From Octopus vulgaris (taxonomy: Eukaryota): a DNA stretch of 64,000 nt. Below the pieces are notes generated by a model. The model was not told where the DNA came from and did not search any database. It saw nothing but the letters and a program-made list of their open reading frames with translations. How positions within the stretch are numbered: the first letter of the stretch is position 1; each line of letters starts with the position of its first letter. A program made the position numbers and the translations under genes. Shown piece after piece: positions 47,001-62,500 of this stretch. The stretch is taken from contig OX597837.1 in assembly GCA_951406725.2 (NCBI GenBank), positions 13,020,001-13,084,000 on the forward strand, read 5' to 3'.

Positions 47001-47280
47001 ATTGCAGATACAATTATACTTTCACTGCATGGTCAAAGTTTACACTTGAACAAATCAAACAGTATATATATTAAATTTCTAAATCTCTCATAGAGATATG
47101 TACGGTGGTGGGGCGATAGAATGGTTGTATACTGTCAATCTGACGTGAACGTGACAGTGTGTCGAAGCCATCAGGAAGCGTCGATGTTTCCTAGGGCTAA
47201 ACAGCGGTGGTGTAATACCCTACTGTCACGTTCACGTTAGATTAACAGTATACAACCAGTATATATATAAACACATACAC

Positions 47281-47311
<31 letters not shown>

Positions 47312-49013
47312 TACATATAAGAATTTTTTGTGTAATAAGATAAAAAACCAAGGCTGTATAGATATTAGAGCATTTATAGATAGAAGGCCTTACAGCTGTT
47401 TCTAGGATATTTATTAATTATATCCCTTTATCGGAGACGGTGTGAGAGGAAAAATTATGTCATAGTTAGTTTCTATGTGACTTAATTTTTCCTCTCACAC
47501 CTTCTCTGATAAAGGGATATGATTAATTAATATCCTAGAAATACCCGTAAGACCTTCTATCTATAAATGCTCTAATATCTATACAGCCTTGGTTTTTATC
47601 GAATTACACAAAAAATTCTTATAAACACAGGCTAACATAGAACCAACGTTGAACCCTTTATTCGTAATATTACCGAATCTGGAATTTAACTATGGTCTGT
47701 CTATAGCACTTCTTCAGCATTACCTGACACCTTTGGGTCTCAGTGACACCATTATCTCTCACATACATACACACACACACACACATATACATATATATAA
47801 AAACGTGTTGGTAACCTACCTTCTTAACGACATAATAGCGTTTGCCTTTTAATTCTTCAATAGCAAACTCACAAGCTGTCTGTGACCATTCCTTCTTGTC
47901 ACCAGCTGGGATGTAGCCAGACAGATGGCACTTCATGGCATAGGAAGAATTCACCATAAAATTAGTGGCTAACATACGGATGTTTGATACCTGAACAATT
48001 TCTCTGTTGCCAAAATCTACGAAGAAAACCTGAAGTTGAAACAATGACATTCTTTTAATTTGATAATTAAAAAAAAAAATATTTAAATTCAAAAATAAAA
48101 ATCTACGTTAGTATAAACTTGTGATGTGAACAGTTGAGCAGAACTGTTAGCACACCGGCTGGACAAAATGCGTAGTGGTATTTCACACGGCGAGCTGGCA
48201 GACACGTCAGCGCACCGGGCGAAATGCTTAGCGGCATTTCGTCTGCCGTTACGTTCTGAGTTCAAATTCCGCCGAGGTCGACTTTGCCTTTCATCCTTTC
48301 GGGGTCGATTAAATAAGTACCAGTTACGCACTGGGATCGATATAATCGACTTAATCCGTTTGTCCTCTCTGTATTTAGCTCCTTGTGGGTAAAAAGAAAT
48401 AGGTATTTCACAATTTGCTATGTTCTGAGTTCAAATTCCACCGAGGTTGACTTTGTCTTTTATCCTTTCAGGGTCGATAAATTAAGTACCAGTTATGCAC
48501 TGGGGTCGATGTAATTGACACATTCCCTCCCCAAAAATGGTTGCCCGTGTGGCAAAATTTGAAACTATTATTACTATTATTATTATTACATAAGGTGCAT
48601 GTAAAAAGCACCCACTACACTAGCCTGTTGGACAAAATGCTTCGTGGTATTCCACCCATGGCTGCATTCTGAGTTCAAATTCTGCTGAGGCCAACTTTAC
48701 TTTTCATCCTTTCAGGGTCGATAAATTAAGTACCAGCTGAACACTGGGGTCGATGTAATTGACACATTCCCTCCCCTAAAATGGCTGCCCTTGTGGCAAA
48801 ATTTGAAACCATTATTATTATTACTATTATTATTATTACATCGTTGCTCTTTAAGTTCTGAGTTCAAACCCCACCACATTCAACTTAAATGTTCATCCTT
48901 TCAGGGACAATAAAATAAAATGTCAGTCAATACTCGTGTTGATGGCATCATCTAATCTCTTCCCTTAAAAATTGCTGACCCTTTACCTAATTCAGAAACA
49001 ATTATTATTATCA

Positions 49014-49056
<43 letters not shown>

Positions 49057-52000
49057 CAAGGTGTGAAGTTCGTTATATTTACCTGTATTAAATTGCTGTG
49101 CAGGATGTCGTGAACTCTGGCTCGATACCAGCTGAATGGTTTATCTTCCACTGGATAATAAATAGCATAATCACCACCTATTGTACCTGTGACGCCAGGT
49201 TCAGCCTCGGAATTGTTATAATACTCTTCTAAGGACTCCATCAGACTTGATCAACAAAGAGAAGTAAATAAGTAAATATATACGTAAAAACCTAAAGTCA
49301 GGAGGTTTGAGACATTGCAACTGTATCTGTTCAAAGGTTTCAATTCCGACCGCATTTACGTATCTACTCAATTCCTGACATTCGATGGTTTCTTCCATTG
49401 TTTTGATGCACCATTTTCTATTATTACAAACACATACACACAATGATGGGCTTCCATACAGTTTCCTATCACCCAAATTCATTCAGTGACACTGGTTGGC
49501 CTAAAAGACACTTGCTCAAAGTACTGTCCAGTGGGATTGAACCCAGCACCCTGTAGTTGCCAAGTGAGGTTTTTAACCTCGCAGCCATACCTGCACACAT
49601 TACAATGATTCTTCCATTCTCTCCATAACAAAACTGAAATGTTTTCAACAGATACTCACCTCGTCAGTTTCGTGTGGTTTTCTACAGTGTGCAGATAAAA
49701 CTCTGACAAACTACGGAATACACTGATGGTAACTTCAATTTGAGATTCTGACAGTGTTATGGGAGGACTCTTCTGGTCCCCTGGGGGCTGTACTGGATTG
49801 ATACTAGACAGGTTGTCGTTCTGCTGATAGGAAAGAAAAAAAATAATTGAGGAAGCTATAATTGAGGGATGGATCAATGAAGAATGAAATGGACTGAAAG
49901 GTAAAGAAATAAGTTTTGCTGGTCATATTTTGTCGCCACAATACATATATATACATCACGTGACTGACCAGACCATCAGATGTTGCTACACATTGCTGGT
50001 CACAATGCGTTCACATTGTTTTAGCCTTCGAACAACGCCACCCCGCTGGCTAAGCGAGAGAAAGAGTACAGTAGGGATCACCACCCACTGCCAGAGCCTC
50101 GTGGAGCTTTTAGGTGTTTTCGCTCAATAAACACACACAACGCCTGGTCTGGGAATCGAAACCGCGATCCTATGACTGCCAGTCTGCTGCCCTAACCACA
50201 GGGCCATTGCGCCTCCATGTACATATATATACCACTTAGATTATATAAATACACACAAACCATTTCTTCCACTAGATACGCATATATATATATATATACA
50301 CACACACAATACATGTGCTTCTCATCCAATAGACACACACAAACTTCTGCCTCACTAAAAACAACACACATACACACATATATAAAGCCACACTCACAAA
50401 CACAATGAGCTTCCATATAGTTTTCACTTCCCAATTTCACTCACAAGGCATAACAGAAGGCACCTGCCCTCGGACGCACAGAATTTCTTAACCACACAGC
50501 CATGCCTGCAGACAAACATGCACACATGTGAGTGTGTGTGTAGTAGTAGTAATGGTGGTGGTGGTGATGGTGGTTGTGGTAGTGGAGGTGAAGGTGGTTG
50601 TGGTAATGGTATCAGTAGTAAGATTTGAACTTAAAACCATTTGGTTTGGGTTTGGAGTTATAAACTAGTGCATCGTTAAAAAAATAAATATGTCAATTTT
50701 TTTGCAGTATTTTCGTTTCGTTTCCTGTTTAATCAATTTACCGATTTCAGTTCACTAAGAAATACAAAAAAAAAGAAATGTTACCTTCTCTACGGAGGGT
50801 TCAGGTGATAAGGATCCATTAATACTGGGACTTTCGCAACTTCTGAGGCAAATCGGAGGTATTTTGTCAGGTCTGTGGAAGACAGAAATTGAACTCATAT
50901 ACAGACTTTTAGATTTAAAATAGACAGAGATAATAAATCACTACATTCAGTTACAGATTGTCACTACACAATGTTACAACTACCACAAACAGTGTTACAG
51001 CTTGTTTCCAGATAGTGTTACAAACTGTCACAATACAATGTTACAGTGTGCCACTAGTGTTACCACCTGTCACTATATCATGTTACAGTCTGTTCTTACA
51101 GTGTTACAACTTGCCATTATACAGTGTTACAGCCTGTCACTATATAGTGTTACAAAGAATTCTTTTTTTTGGAACAATGCGCCGGTGGCATGTAAAAAGC
51201 ACCAACAGATTATGGCCGTTGCCAGCCTCCCCTGGCACCTGTGCCAGTGGCACGTAAAAAGCACCCACTACATTCACAAAGTGGTTGGCGTTAGGAAGGG
51301 CATCCAGCTGTAGAAACACTGCCAGATCAGACTGGAGCCTGGTGCAGCCTCCTGGCTTCCCAGACCCCGGTTGAACCGTCCAACCTGTGCTAGCATGGAA
51401 AACGGACGTTAAACGATGATGATGATGATGATGAATGTATTTCAAAGAACACAAAAGCTATAAATTCCAGTCTGCGAATATTAGTTTGAAATTGTGGCAC
51501 TGGACCAGCAATTGAGGGGAGGGGCAAAGTCGATTACACCAACCCCCAGTACTCACCTGGTACTTATTTTATCAACCACGAAAGGATGAAAGGCAAAGTC
51601 AACCCCAAAATAGCAGACAAATATTGAGCTGAAAAATCCTTTTGGATGGAGAAAATCAAAGGCTGCCTTCAAACATTTTCTCTTTTTTGATTCAAAAGGG
51701 ATTTTCAAACCAATAACTACATCATCATCATCGTTTAACGTCCGTTTTCCATGCTAGCACGGGTTGGACGGTTCAACTGGGGTCTGGGAAGCCAGGGGCT
51801 GCACCAGGCTCCAGTCTGATCTGGCAGAGTTTCTACAGCTGGATGCCCTTCCTAATGCCAACCACTCCACGATTGTAGTGGGTGCTTTTTACGTGCCACC
51901 TGCACAGGTGCCAGGGGGGTCCGGCATCGGCCACGATCGGTTGGAGTTTTTAATGTGCCACCGGCACGGAAGCCAGCCAAGGCGGCACTGGCAACGGCCA

Positions 52001-55000
52001 CGTTCGGATGGTGCTTTTTATGTGCCACCGGCACAGAAGCCAGTCGAGGCGGAGCTGGCATCGGCCACGTTCGGATGGTGCTTTTTATGTGCCACCGGCC
52101 ACGTTGATGTTATTTTAAAAGCTTAATGTGCTTCAAGAACCACCGTCCCAAAAGAGAATTATTCCATGATCTCTCAAAAGTTTATGAATTCTTATAGCAC
52201 AGCAAAAAAAAGGAAAAAGAAAAACAAACAATGCTTGTTTCAAGGGTTACATACGCTGTTGCAGACTTCTTAGCATATCCCAATTCTACGATAGCTTCGT
52301 TGACAATCAAATTCGACTCCGTATGCTGTAGAACCACTTCTGTATAGGAATCATGGACAGCTGTTGGTGGAGAAAGCAAAGATGTGATTTTATTTATCAT
52401 TTAACAACAACATCATCATCATCAGTGTTTAGCGTCCATTTTCCATGCTGGCATGGGTTGGACGGTTTGACATGGATCTGGCCAGCTGGGGCATTGTCCA
52501 GGCTCCAATTGTCTGTTGTGACATGGTATCTATGGCTGGATGCCCTTCCTAATGGTGGGTGCTTTTTATGTGTCAGCAGCAAGGGTGCATTTACACAGCT
52601 CCGGCACCCATAAAGGACAAGCCTGGAAAAAAGGGGAGAAGATGATGTAGTTTAGCTCCAGGCCAGTTCTCAGGGGCAGAATGTGTTTGGCCAAAGGTAA
52701 TCTAGTGGTGACCATTCTGTGTTTATTTAGGCACAGTCTTTCTAAGACTACATTATCCAATATGTTTTTCCTTGCTGTTGCTTAGCCTTGATTAACCATG
52801 TGTCATCAGTCCTGAGTGACCTGATTGACGGTCCATCCAGACTATCAAGCTTGATTCCCAACCATGTGGTCTTAGGTTCAGTCCCACTGCACGACATTTA
52901 GGGCACGTGTCTTCTACTACAGTCCCTGACCAAGAAAAGTCATATCAGTGGATTTGATAGATGGAAACTGAAAGAAGCCCACTTCACACACACACACACG
53001 AGTGCCAGTGCCATGTAAAAAGGATCCAACACACTCTGTAAAGTGGTTGGCATTAGGAAAGGCATCCATTTGTAGAAACCATGTCACAACAGACTGGAAC
53101 CTGGAGCAGCTCTCCTGCCTGCCAGTTCTGGCCAAACTGAGCAACCCATGGACAATGGACGTTAAATGATGATGATAGTGATGATGATGAGTGTGTGTGT
53201 GTATGTTTCTGTGCACCCTTGTCTGTCTGTCTGTCTCTTTCACTCTCATTTTCGTCTTTACTCTCTATTCAGATCTGGTGTGTTCTTGTCAATGTGGGAT
53301 GGTTGAAAATGAGCATCACCATCATACAAGCAAGTTTCCAGTCCTCCATAGAAAACTGCCTGGCCAAGAGTAAAATAACACATTGCCTGGATATCGGTGA
53401 GTGTTGGTGACAGGAAGAGCCTCCAGCCATAGAAAATCTGCCTCAATAAATTCTGTCTGACCCATGCAAGCATGGAAAGATGGATGCTAAACTACAATGA
53501 TGATGATGGTGAATAAGAAGCAAGAATGAATTAATTGCTACATTGTTAATTTTACTGTATACAGAGAAGCAATATTTCAGTTTTTAAGAAACATCAACAT
53601 TCGACTTACCAACAACTTCGATAAGACATTCTTTCAGAAGAAAATTTTCAACTAACCAATTGGTTCCCTGGAATATTACGGGAAAAAAAAAAAAAAAAGG
53701 ATGAAAGGCAAAGTTGACCTCGGCAGAAATAATAAGTCTATGAGTATTAAAATGCATTTCTTGTTGTTGTTGTTTTGTTATTGTTGTAGGCCACCAAGCA
53801 TTGAATGTCTCAGCTTTTACCAGCTGAAGGCACATGGCCCAGTGGTAAGGGTGTTGTACTCACGACCACAAGATTGTGGTTTTGATTCCTCGACTGGGCA
53901 ATTCACTCAGCTCTAAAAATAAGTTCCAGTAACAGCTGGAAAGTAAACCTTGTGACGAATAGGTGTCCCATTCATAGTGGGGGACAGGGATGTCAGGCTG
54001 TTGTAATCTCAGTCTCTTATACCCCATGGAAACCAGGGTGAAGCTCTGGTGTTAAGAGCCTTAGGGTTTATGGCACACCTAAGTCTTGATGGCTGTCAAG
54101 GGATAAAATGAACTGAGAGAGACAGGCAGAAAGAAATAGGGAGTGAAAAAAAAAAAACTGATCCCAGAACAGGACTGGTCTTTTATTGGCCTCGAAAGGA
54201 TGAAAGGCAAAGAGGACCACAGTGGGATTTGGACTCAGAGTACAGAGATTACCACAAAACAATCTTTCTGAATTGACCATACGTATGTACATGTGTGTGT
54301 ATGGATATGTGTATGATGTATGGTGTATGTATGGTGTATGTATGTACATACATGTGCATGTGTGGATATGTGGATATATGTATGTATGAAGAAAAAAAGG
54401 CAGACAAGAAATGCATTACCATGGTCCAGTCTTCCTTGGAATCCAGTGGTTCTACGTACGCCAATTTACAAAGTTTCGCCTTCAAAGAAAAAAAATTAAA
54501 ATAAAATAAATCATTGAAAATGGGAGGAAAAGATTTTGAGACATCAAGGACCAAGTATAAAAATGTAAAAGCCGATAGCAGTATGAGGGAGGGATAGGCA
54601 CAGGTGTCTTGCTATAGAGGAGAGATATACAGCTGAAGGAGATACGAGGGAGGTGGTGATGGGGGGCTAGAAAAAAACTTCTCATCATTGTTTAACATCC
54701 ACCTTCCATCCTGACATGGGCTGAATGGTTTGACAGGAGCTGACCATGCAGAAGACAGCACCAGACATCTGTGTCTGTTTTGGCAGGGTTTTTACAACTG
54801 GGTGCCCTTCCCAACACCAACCGCTCAGTAGAGTAGATAGAGGGCATTTTATGTGGCACAAGGACCGGTGAGATCAGTTTTGACCTCCATGTTATTATGG
54901 CATGTAAAAAGCACCATCTGAATGTGGCCGATGCCAGCCTCCCACGGCACCTGTGCCGGTGGCACGTAAAAAGCACCCACTACACTCACATAGTGGTTGG

Positions 55001-55456
55001 TGTTAGGAAGAGCATCCAGCTGTAGAAACACTGCCAGTTCAGACTGGAGCCTGGTGCGGCCTCCTGGCTTCCCAGACCCCGGTCGAACCGTCCAACCCAT
55101 GCTAACATAGAAAACAGACGTTAAACGATGATGGTGATTATCTACTTCAAGTTCAACCCCTAAAAACAAATTAAGATATAAAATAAAACAGCTGTAAAAC
55201 ACGATAGTAACATCAATAACAATATGAGAAAGATGAAAGTGATAGGGGTTTTCTCTTACCTGAATGGGTAACATTATAAACTTATCCAGCAACTTGCGGA
55301 GATTTCTATACGAGACTATCTCTGTATTTCCATAGTCTACATAACAAACATTGACCATTTGCTCACCTGGTACATCAATAACTTTAGCTCGGTACCACAT
55401 GTTATCGCTAGGACATTGACAAGCACACACCAGGTCTGAACAGAAAGTAAACACAT

Positions 55457-55511
<55 letters not shown>

Positions 55512-56556
55512 GAGAGAGAGAGAAGGAGAGAGAGAAGGAGAGAGAGAGAGAGAAAGTTACAAATTTGTTGGGGAAAAGAAGGACATTTGAGAATCATCAG
55601 TTGAAGTACTTGATTTTATTGACCCTTGAGAAATGAAAGGCAACACTGTTCCAGAAGGATGTGAACTCAGAACAGGAAGGGATGTAACTAAGCAACAGGT
55701 CTTTTGTCCAACCTTTTATCAACTTGGCTACCCACCACCACCATTTGTAAATAGTAATAATAATAATAAAGAATTTCAAATTTTGGCACAAGGCCAGCAA
55801 GTTTGGGGGAGGGGGTAAGCCAATCACACTGACCCCCCCACCACCACTCAACAGGTATTTCTTTCATCAACCTCGGAAGGATGAAAGACAAAGTCAACCT
55901 TGGCGGAATTTGGACTCAGGATGCCTAGAATGGACAAAATGCTGATAATGATTCTGCCAGCACACAACCTATTATTATTATTATTCTATGTTTGACTTTT
56001 GCTTTATATTTGTACTCCAAATCTCACCCAGAGACCTCAAGAGACAACAGGTTGGAAGTTCACGTTGTTATGCCTAGTGTGCCATATATTTGGGGTTTTT
56101 TTGGTGTTGTACTAGTGAATGTCTAATAAATAAAAAAATAAAATAAAAATAAATAAAAACTGTTTGTTTTAAACCTTGAGATTACATAGAAAGTATTTTG
56201 CGTAGGATATGAGCAGTTCCCATGAGCACTATCTTTTGAATTTCTGCCATTTTGGGGTTTCCTGGTATCTGAGTTAGGTAGCAATCAGCCCCTTTCGCTA
56301 TCATTCCCAGGGCACCTATGACAACAGCTATTGTTAATAATTAATTCGTTTATTGGCCACAAGGGCTGACAAAAATTAATTAAAACATAAAGGGACGAAA
56401 GTTACAAGGGTTTTGTCCGTTTGCAAAAAACCGTGTAAAAATTCCAGAGATAACAACGAAAATATAACAATTGAAATTCCCAGTAGAGGGAGGCGCTTCG
56501 AAAGGTTACTCATGGAAAAACTCATAAAAGCCACGGGAGCCTGGTCAAAAGGGGGG

Positions 56557-56591
<35 letters not shown>

Positions 56592-59500
56592 GTGGTGGTG
56601 GTGGTTATTATTATTTCTAACTTACATACAAAACCATGCTTTTTACAGTTGGATGCCCTTCCAAATGCCAACACTATACAGTGTGGACTGGATGCTTTTT
56701 ATAAGGCACCAGCACTGGCAGGGGCCACCAAGTAACTCACAAGACAAAGATCCTTTGTGAGGGTATGTGACCCAAACTAATTCTCTGGAAGCAATTCAAA
56801 GAATTACAGAGGCTTTCAGGAAGGTTTTTTTCTCTCAAAGCTGTCTAGAATTACAGAAAACCCAAAGACTGCTTCCTTTAGCAACCTCAAAATTAGATAA
56901 TGTCTAAATCTATCGTTATCCAGCTTATGTTGATAGAGGAAGAATGGGCGTTAAAAAGAACCGTTACCTTTAACTGGACAGTAAATCACCCAGAGATCTT
57001 TGGTGTCTGCTTGGTAAATAGTCTGCATGTCTTCCATAGACACAGCCAAGTATTGGTATTCAATGCCCATCTAAAGTGGAGAATGGAATATAACAAAAGA
57101 TTTCTTACAATCAGCCTCACATTGTAGAGAAAGGAGAACGAGGGTTTAACCCTTTCGTTACTTTAAATTTATTTTCAGATGCTCTCTGTTTCTTTCAATT
57201 ACTTTAAATATAACGAAGAATTTAGTAAAATAACTTAGTTATCTTTCAGCTGGTGTTAGGAAGATAAATTGTGACTCAGGTTTGGTGGAAGATTTTAATT
57301 CAAAACTTATGAAAACAAGACATTTGTACTACAGAGCCAGAGCCGGTTTCAGCTGGGTTGGTAACAAAAGGGTTAAGAATCGTTTCTCTATTATATATTT
57401 TAACCCTTTTCTTACCATATTTCTGTTGAGATGCTCTGTATTTCTTTCAATTACTTTAAATATTACAAAGAATTTAGTAAAATAACTTAGTATTATCATT
57501 AAGCTAGTGTTAGGAAGATAAATTGTGACTAAGGTTTGGTGGAAGATTTTAATTCAAAACTTTTGGAAACAAGACATTTGTATTACAGGGCCAGAGCCAG
57601 TTTCAGCTGGGTTGGTTACGAAAGGGTTAATCAATGGTGATTCAATCAATCTGAGCATTTCCCTGATGTCTATTGACATGACAAGGTTAAAAGGTGGAAT
57701 CAACTACTCTAGTGCTTCAGCTGAGAATAGAGAACATAGCTAACCACAGCAAAGCATTTATGAACAAACTTTTAGATCAGTTCAAATAGGTTTGGGACAA
57801 ATTTGACCCTTACCATGCTTACCATGCAGAAAATTCTTACTTTTGGCAAAAGGTGTTAAAACACCAACAGTCATTTGAGAGCATTTCCTTTGGACCAATG
57901 AATGCGTTTCAAGCTTCTTAGCTATCATCATTGATGTCAGTACTGAAGTGAGATGAAAAGCTAAGTGGATCAACTTTGAGATTTGAACTGCACCAGAGTT
58001 AATTCAAGCTTTTAGTATATTTTTTTTTCTTTTTCCTTATCAACAAGAAATCAGGGCCTTTGAGACTGTTGTGAGAGAGGGAGGAAAGCATCCTCAAATC
58101 AGAAACCTGGCTGGAATGCTTGCAAGAAAACTGACTCTGCTAAAGACAACCACGGACAAAGCAGTGGAGTTAAATTGTTGTAAATAGTGTCGTCGTGGCT
58201 CCTTTTGACGAACATGTTCATCAAAACTATCAAGGCATGTTTTATCCTTTACTGAACAAATAGAATGAGCATAGTATGGGCCAATGCAAAAATGTCATCT
58301 ACAGGTCCTATGGAAGTTCGAGATAAACCCAGGACCTATGCAGAATCTTACTGGTTCAGGAGGTGATCAGTATAAACGAAACACAACATAAATCTTGTTA
58401 AATTACTGCTAATTGATCTGTGATTAGTTTGAAAATGAGAAAGATATTTTACTTACTTTTTGAATGTAGAAATGCAGAGGATTTTCTGCATGAGTGACCA
58501 TCACTTCAAGCGTCTCTGAAACGAATCTCCGTTCAGCGGAAGGGTAATCACGACTTGTTGCATCTGGGGAACACAAAGAGAAAGGATTCCATCAGATTAT
58601 CCTTCTTGGACCACCGAGCCAAAAAGACATGGGTTTAACGTTTTAGCATTTAAACCAGCCATATCCAACCCAAATATTCTTGCTTATGTTCAAACTGACC
58701 AAATCTGACTTCTCATACATAACCTACAATGTCATTCAAAAAATAAGCAAATAGCATGATAACTGTGAGCCCAAAACTCTAACCCCTCAGCCATGTGTTT
58801 TATATATATATATATGATGGGCTTCTTTCAGTTTCCATCTATTAAACCCACTCGTAAGGCTTTTGCAGGCCCAGAGCTATCATAGAGGATAGCTCTGGGC
58901 TTACGAAAGGTGCCATGCAGTGGGAGTGAACCCAAGACAGCACGGTCAGGAAGCAAGCTCCTTAACCACACAGCCAAACCTAAGCCTGCGACATGCATAA
59001 ATAAAAGTTGTATACATAAAAAAAATAAAACTGACCTTTATGAAGCAGCGAAGTTTCACCGGTCTCATATTTTGCAAAACCAAGGAAAACCAGAGCATCT
59101 TGCAACGATGTGGGGATGTCGTCTCGAATATGATTGTTAGGAGGGGTGCATAGATTGCAGTACCAAACACCGTGTTGCTCTTTCAATACCTGTTGAAAGA
59201 ATGAAAAGCAGAGGTTCCGCATATTAGAAAAATGGTAATCGATCAAGCAATTAAGACAATGTTTGACATTGGAACAAGGCACCGAAACTTGTAAAGAATG
59301 AATACAGTCCATTTTAATGACCCTAACAGCTTGACTGGTACATGTTTTACTGACTAAAGAGGAGTGAAGGACAAAGGCGATCCTAGTGAGATTTGAACTC
59401 ACAAATATTGTGGACAGTTGTGATCCCAGTGCCGGTGGCACATAAAAAGCACCATCCGAACATGACCTATGCTAGCCTCGCCTGGCGCCTGTGCCGGTGG

Positions 59501-62500
59501 CACGTAAAAAGCACCCACTACACTCACGGAGTGGTTGGCGTTAGAAAGGGCATCCAGCTGTAGAAACTTTGCCAGATCAGATTGGAGCCTGGTGCAGCCT
59601 CCTGGCTTCCCAGACCCCAGTTGAACCGTCCAACCCATGCTAGCATGAAAAGCGGACATTAAACGATGACACTGATGATATATATGTATACACACACACA
59701 CACACGCACATGCAGACATACATACACACACACATGCATACATACACTCACATACACACACACACAATCACAATACACTGCACAACACAAAACCACCAAA
59801 AGTCAAGAATGTGCAGTGTGGACACCAAGGAAAATACAAAGAGTTGTTTTGACAAGCTCCCTTTGTGCCTCTACTCTGCTCCAGCCAGGCAAACTAAAGG
59901 CTACAGACAACAACAAATGAGAAAAGAATGAGACTTACGGTCATGGTCAGTATTTTGGAATGAACTATTGTAGCAAACACCTTGATGGCCTCAGCAGACC
60001 AAACATCGTCCTGGAGAAGAGAGAGAAAGATTAACAGATATGAAATGCAACAATCCTTTCTATTATAGGCAAAAGGCCTGGAATTTGTAGGGAGGGGGGT
60101 TGTCGATTATACTGAGCCCTATTATGCAACTGGTACTTAATTTATCGACCCTGAATGGATGAAAGAACATAGTGGTGAATGAAATACCACTAAGCATTTC
60201 ACCCAGCGTGCTAACAATTCTGCCAGCTCACTGCCTGAATAATAATAATAATAGTAATAGTAATAATATTATTAATAATAATAATCCTTTCTACTGGAAG
60301 TACAAGGCTTCAAATTTGGGGGAAGGGATTAAATCGATTATATTGACTCCAGTGTGTAATGGGTACTTATTTAATTGACTCCGAAAGGATGAAAGGCAAA
60401 GTCGACCTTGGCAGAATTTGAACTCAGAACATAGCAGTGGACAAAATACCGCTAAACATTTCGCATGGTATGCTAACGATTCTAGCAGCTTGCTGCTTTG
60501 AATAATAATAATAATAATCCTTTTTATTATAGGCACAAGGCCTGGAATTTGTGGGGAGGTGGGTAGTCAATTACATCGACTCCAGTACTTGACTGGTACT
60601 TAATTTATCAACCCCGAAAGGACGAAAGGCAAAGTCATAGTGGGACTGAACTTGAAGCCATGCCACTGGGAAGAAAATTTCTTAGTGGCACGTAAAATGC
60701 ACTATCCGATCATGGCTGTTGCCAGCCTCCCCTGGCACCTGTGCCAGTGGCATGTAAAAAGCACCCACTACACTCATGGAGTGGTTGGTGTTAGGAAGGG
60801 CATCCAGCTGTAGAAACACTGCCAGATCAGACTGGGCCTGGTGCAGCCTCCTGGCTTCCCAGATCCCAGTTGCACCGTCCAACCCATGCCAGCATGGAAA
60901 GCGGATGCTAAACGATGATGATGATGATGATAACCACACCATCACCCATATAATTATAATCACCTGTGAAGTAGTTATAATTATACAGGTGTGGGTGGAG
61001 GTGGAGAGATAAGACCTCAAGAAAATAAGATGATGGGACATACAGACAGACCTGAGAAACTGAAGTGATGTTTGATAGACAGCATTTGATGGCATATTCT
61101 GGTTCTTTGAAGAACTTCACTGGTGGCAGCAATAACCTAAAGAAGACAATAATAATAATAATAACAATAAAAATTTGGACACAAAGGCAGCAATTTTGAG
61201 GGGAGGGGTTTAAGTTGATCACATAATTCACCTCTGGAAACATGGTTATTTTGTTCAACATCCTTAAACAACCCTTATTCAGGGACATTTTGAGCGGGAT
61301 GGGTTACTCGACAAGAAGAAAATTGAGCAAAAGAAACTGATGAAAAAAAAATACTGAGGTCATTTTGTTAAACTGCAGCCTTGAAGGTGGTGCCTGAGCC
61401 TGACCACTGTCCAATAACTGAAACAAGCAAAAGACAAAACAGTAGAAGTCTGTTGGACAGGTAAATGTAAAGGCCAATGGAACGAGCAACAAGGTGAAAT
61501 ACAGGTAACATCCAGGTACTTACTTGTTTATATGTAATATCTCTGAATTTCCATAATCAACATAGAAAACCTCCACTACTTTGACATAAGCCTTCTGCAC
61601 GTCATCAAAGACAGTCTCAACCCTCTTCACCCGTGCACGGTACCAGTTATTGTCCAAGGAGTACTGGGCAAAAACAAAGTCGTCTGAGAATAAAGAAAAG
61701 ATAGAGAATGGAATAGAAATGACAGGTCGAACCAAAACTGATCGTTATCGCTCCAAATACAAACTGACAAGCAAATGTACAGGTCAATGTTTCTCAACCT
61801 TGCTTGTGGACCCTCTTTGAACCCTTTTTTACTCAAGTGGACCCTCCTAACCATGCAATGTTTCAAAAAGAAGCTATTATATTTTTATAATATTATTGGG
61901 AATTTTAAGAAAAAATTGTTTGTGTAATTTAGAAGTATAAGCAATTTATAGCAGTGGGCCTCCCCACCAAGGTTTATATGACCCCTAAGGTCCATATGGA
62001 ACCAAGTTGAGAATCACTGATATACGTGATGTTTTAACAGAGTGGTTCATAAACTTTTTCTGGCCTGCCACCCCTTTGGTTCCAAGACCACATTCCTAGT
62101 GGTACTCCACCCACCATCAGAGATATACACCATTTTCTGCAGGGAGTTCCTTATATACATGCTAAAATACGGTATGTCCCTGCAGATTTTGAACTGCAAA
62201 GGTTCCACGAGAACCAATAATGGCATTGATCTCACTAGTCTGTAAGGGCCCACAAAGGCCGCAGACACTGACTCTTTCTATAGACCCAACAAATAAGATT
62301 AATTTTCTCAGGAATAAAATCAACCAAAAATAAAGAAAGCAACAAAAAAAGAAAGAAACAAGTGCAGATGTCGTTCTCAACTGTTTAGAAGTATTTCCCC
62401 CATGGACAGACATGGCTTTCATGGAAAACTGAAACAAATAACTTGGCATGTATCATCATCATCGTTTAACGTCCGCTTTCCATGCTGGCATGGGTTGGAC

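Noticed and set aside
51880-52100. CRISPR-like repeat-spacer pattern (gtgctttttacgtgccaccggcac)
   Set aside because: Internal subrepeats of a dispersed eukaryotic SINE; spacers are related to each other and there are no cas genes
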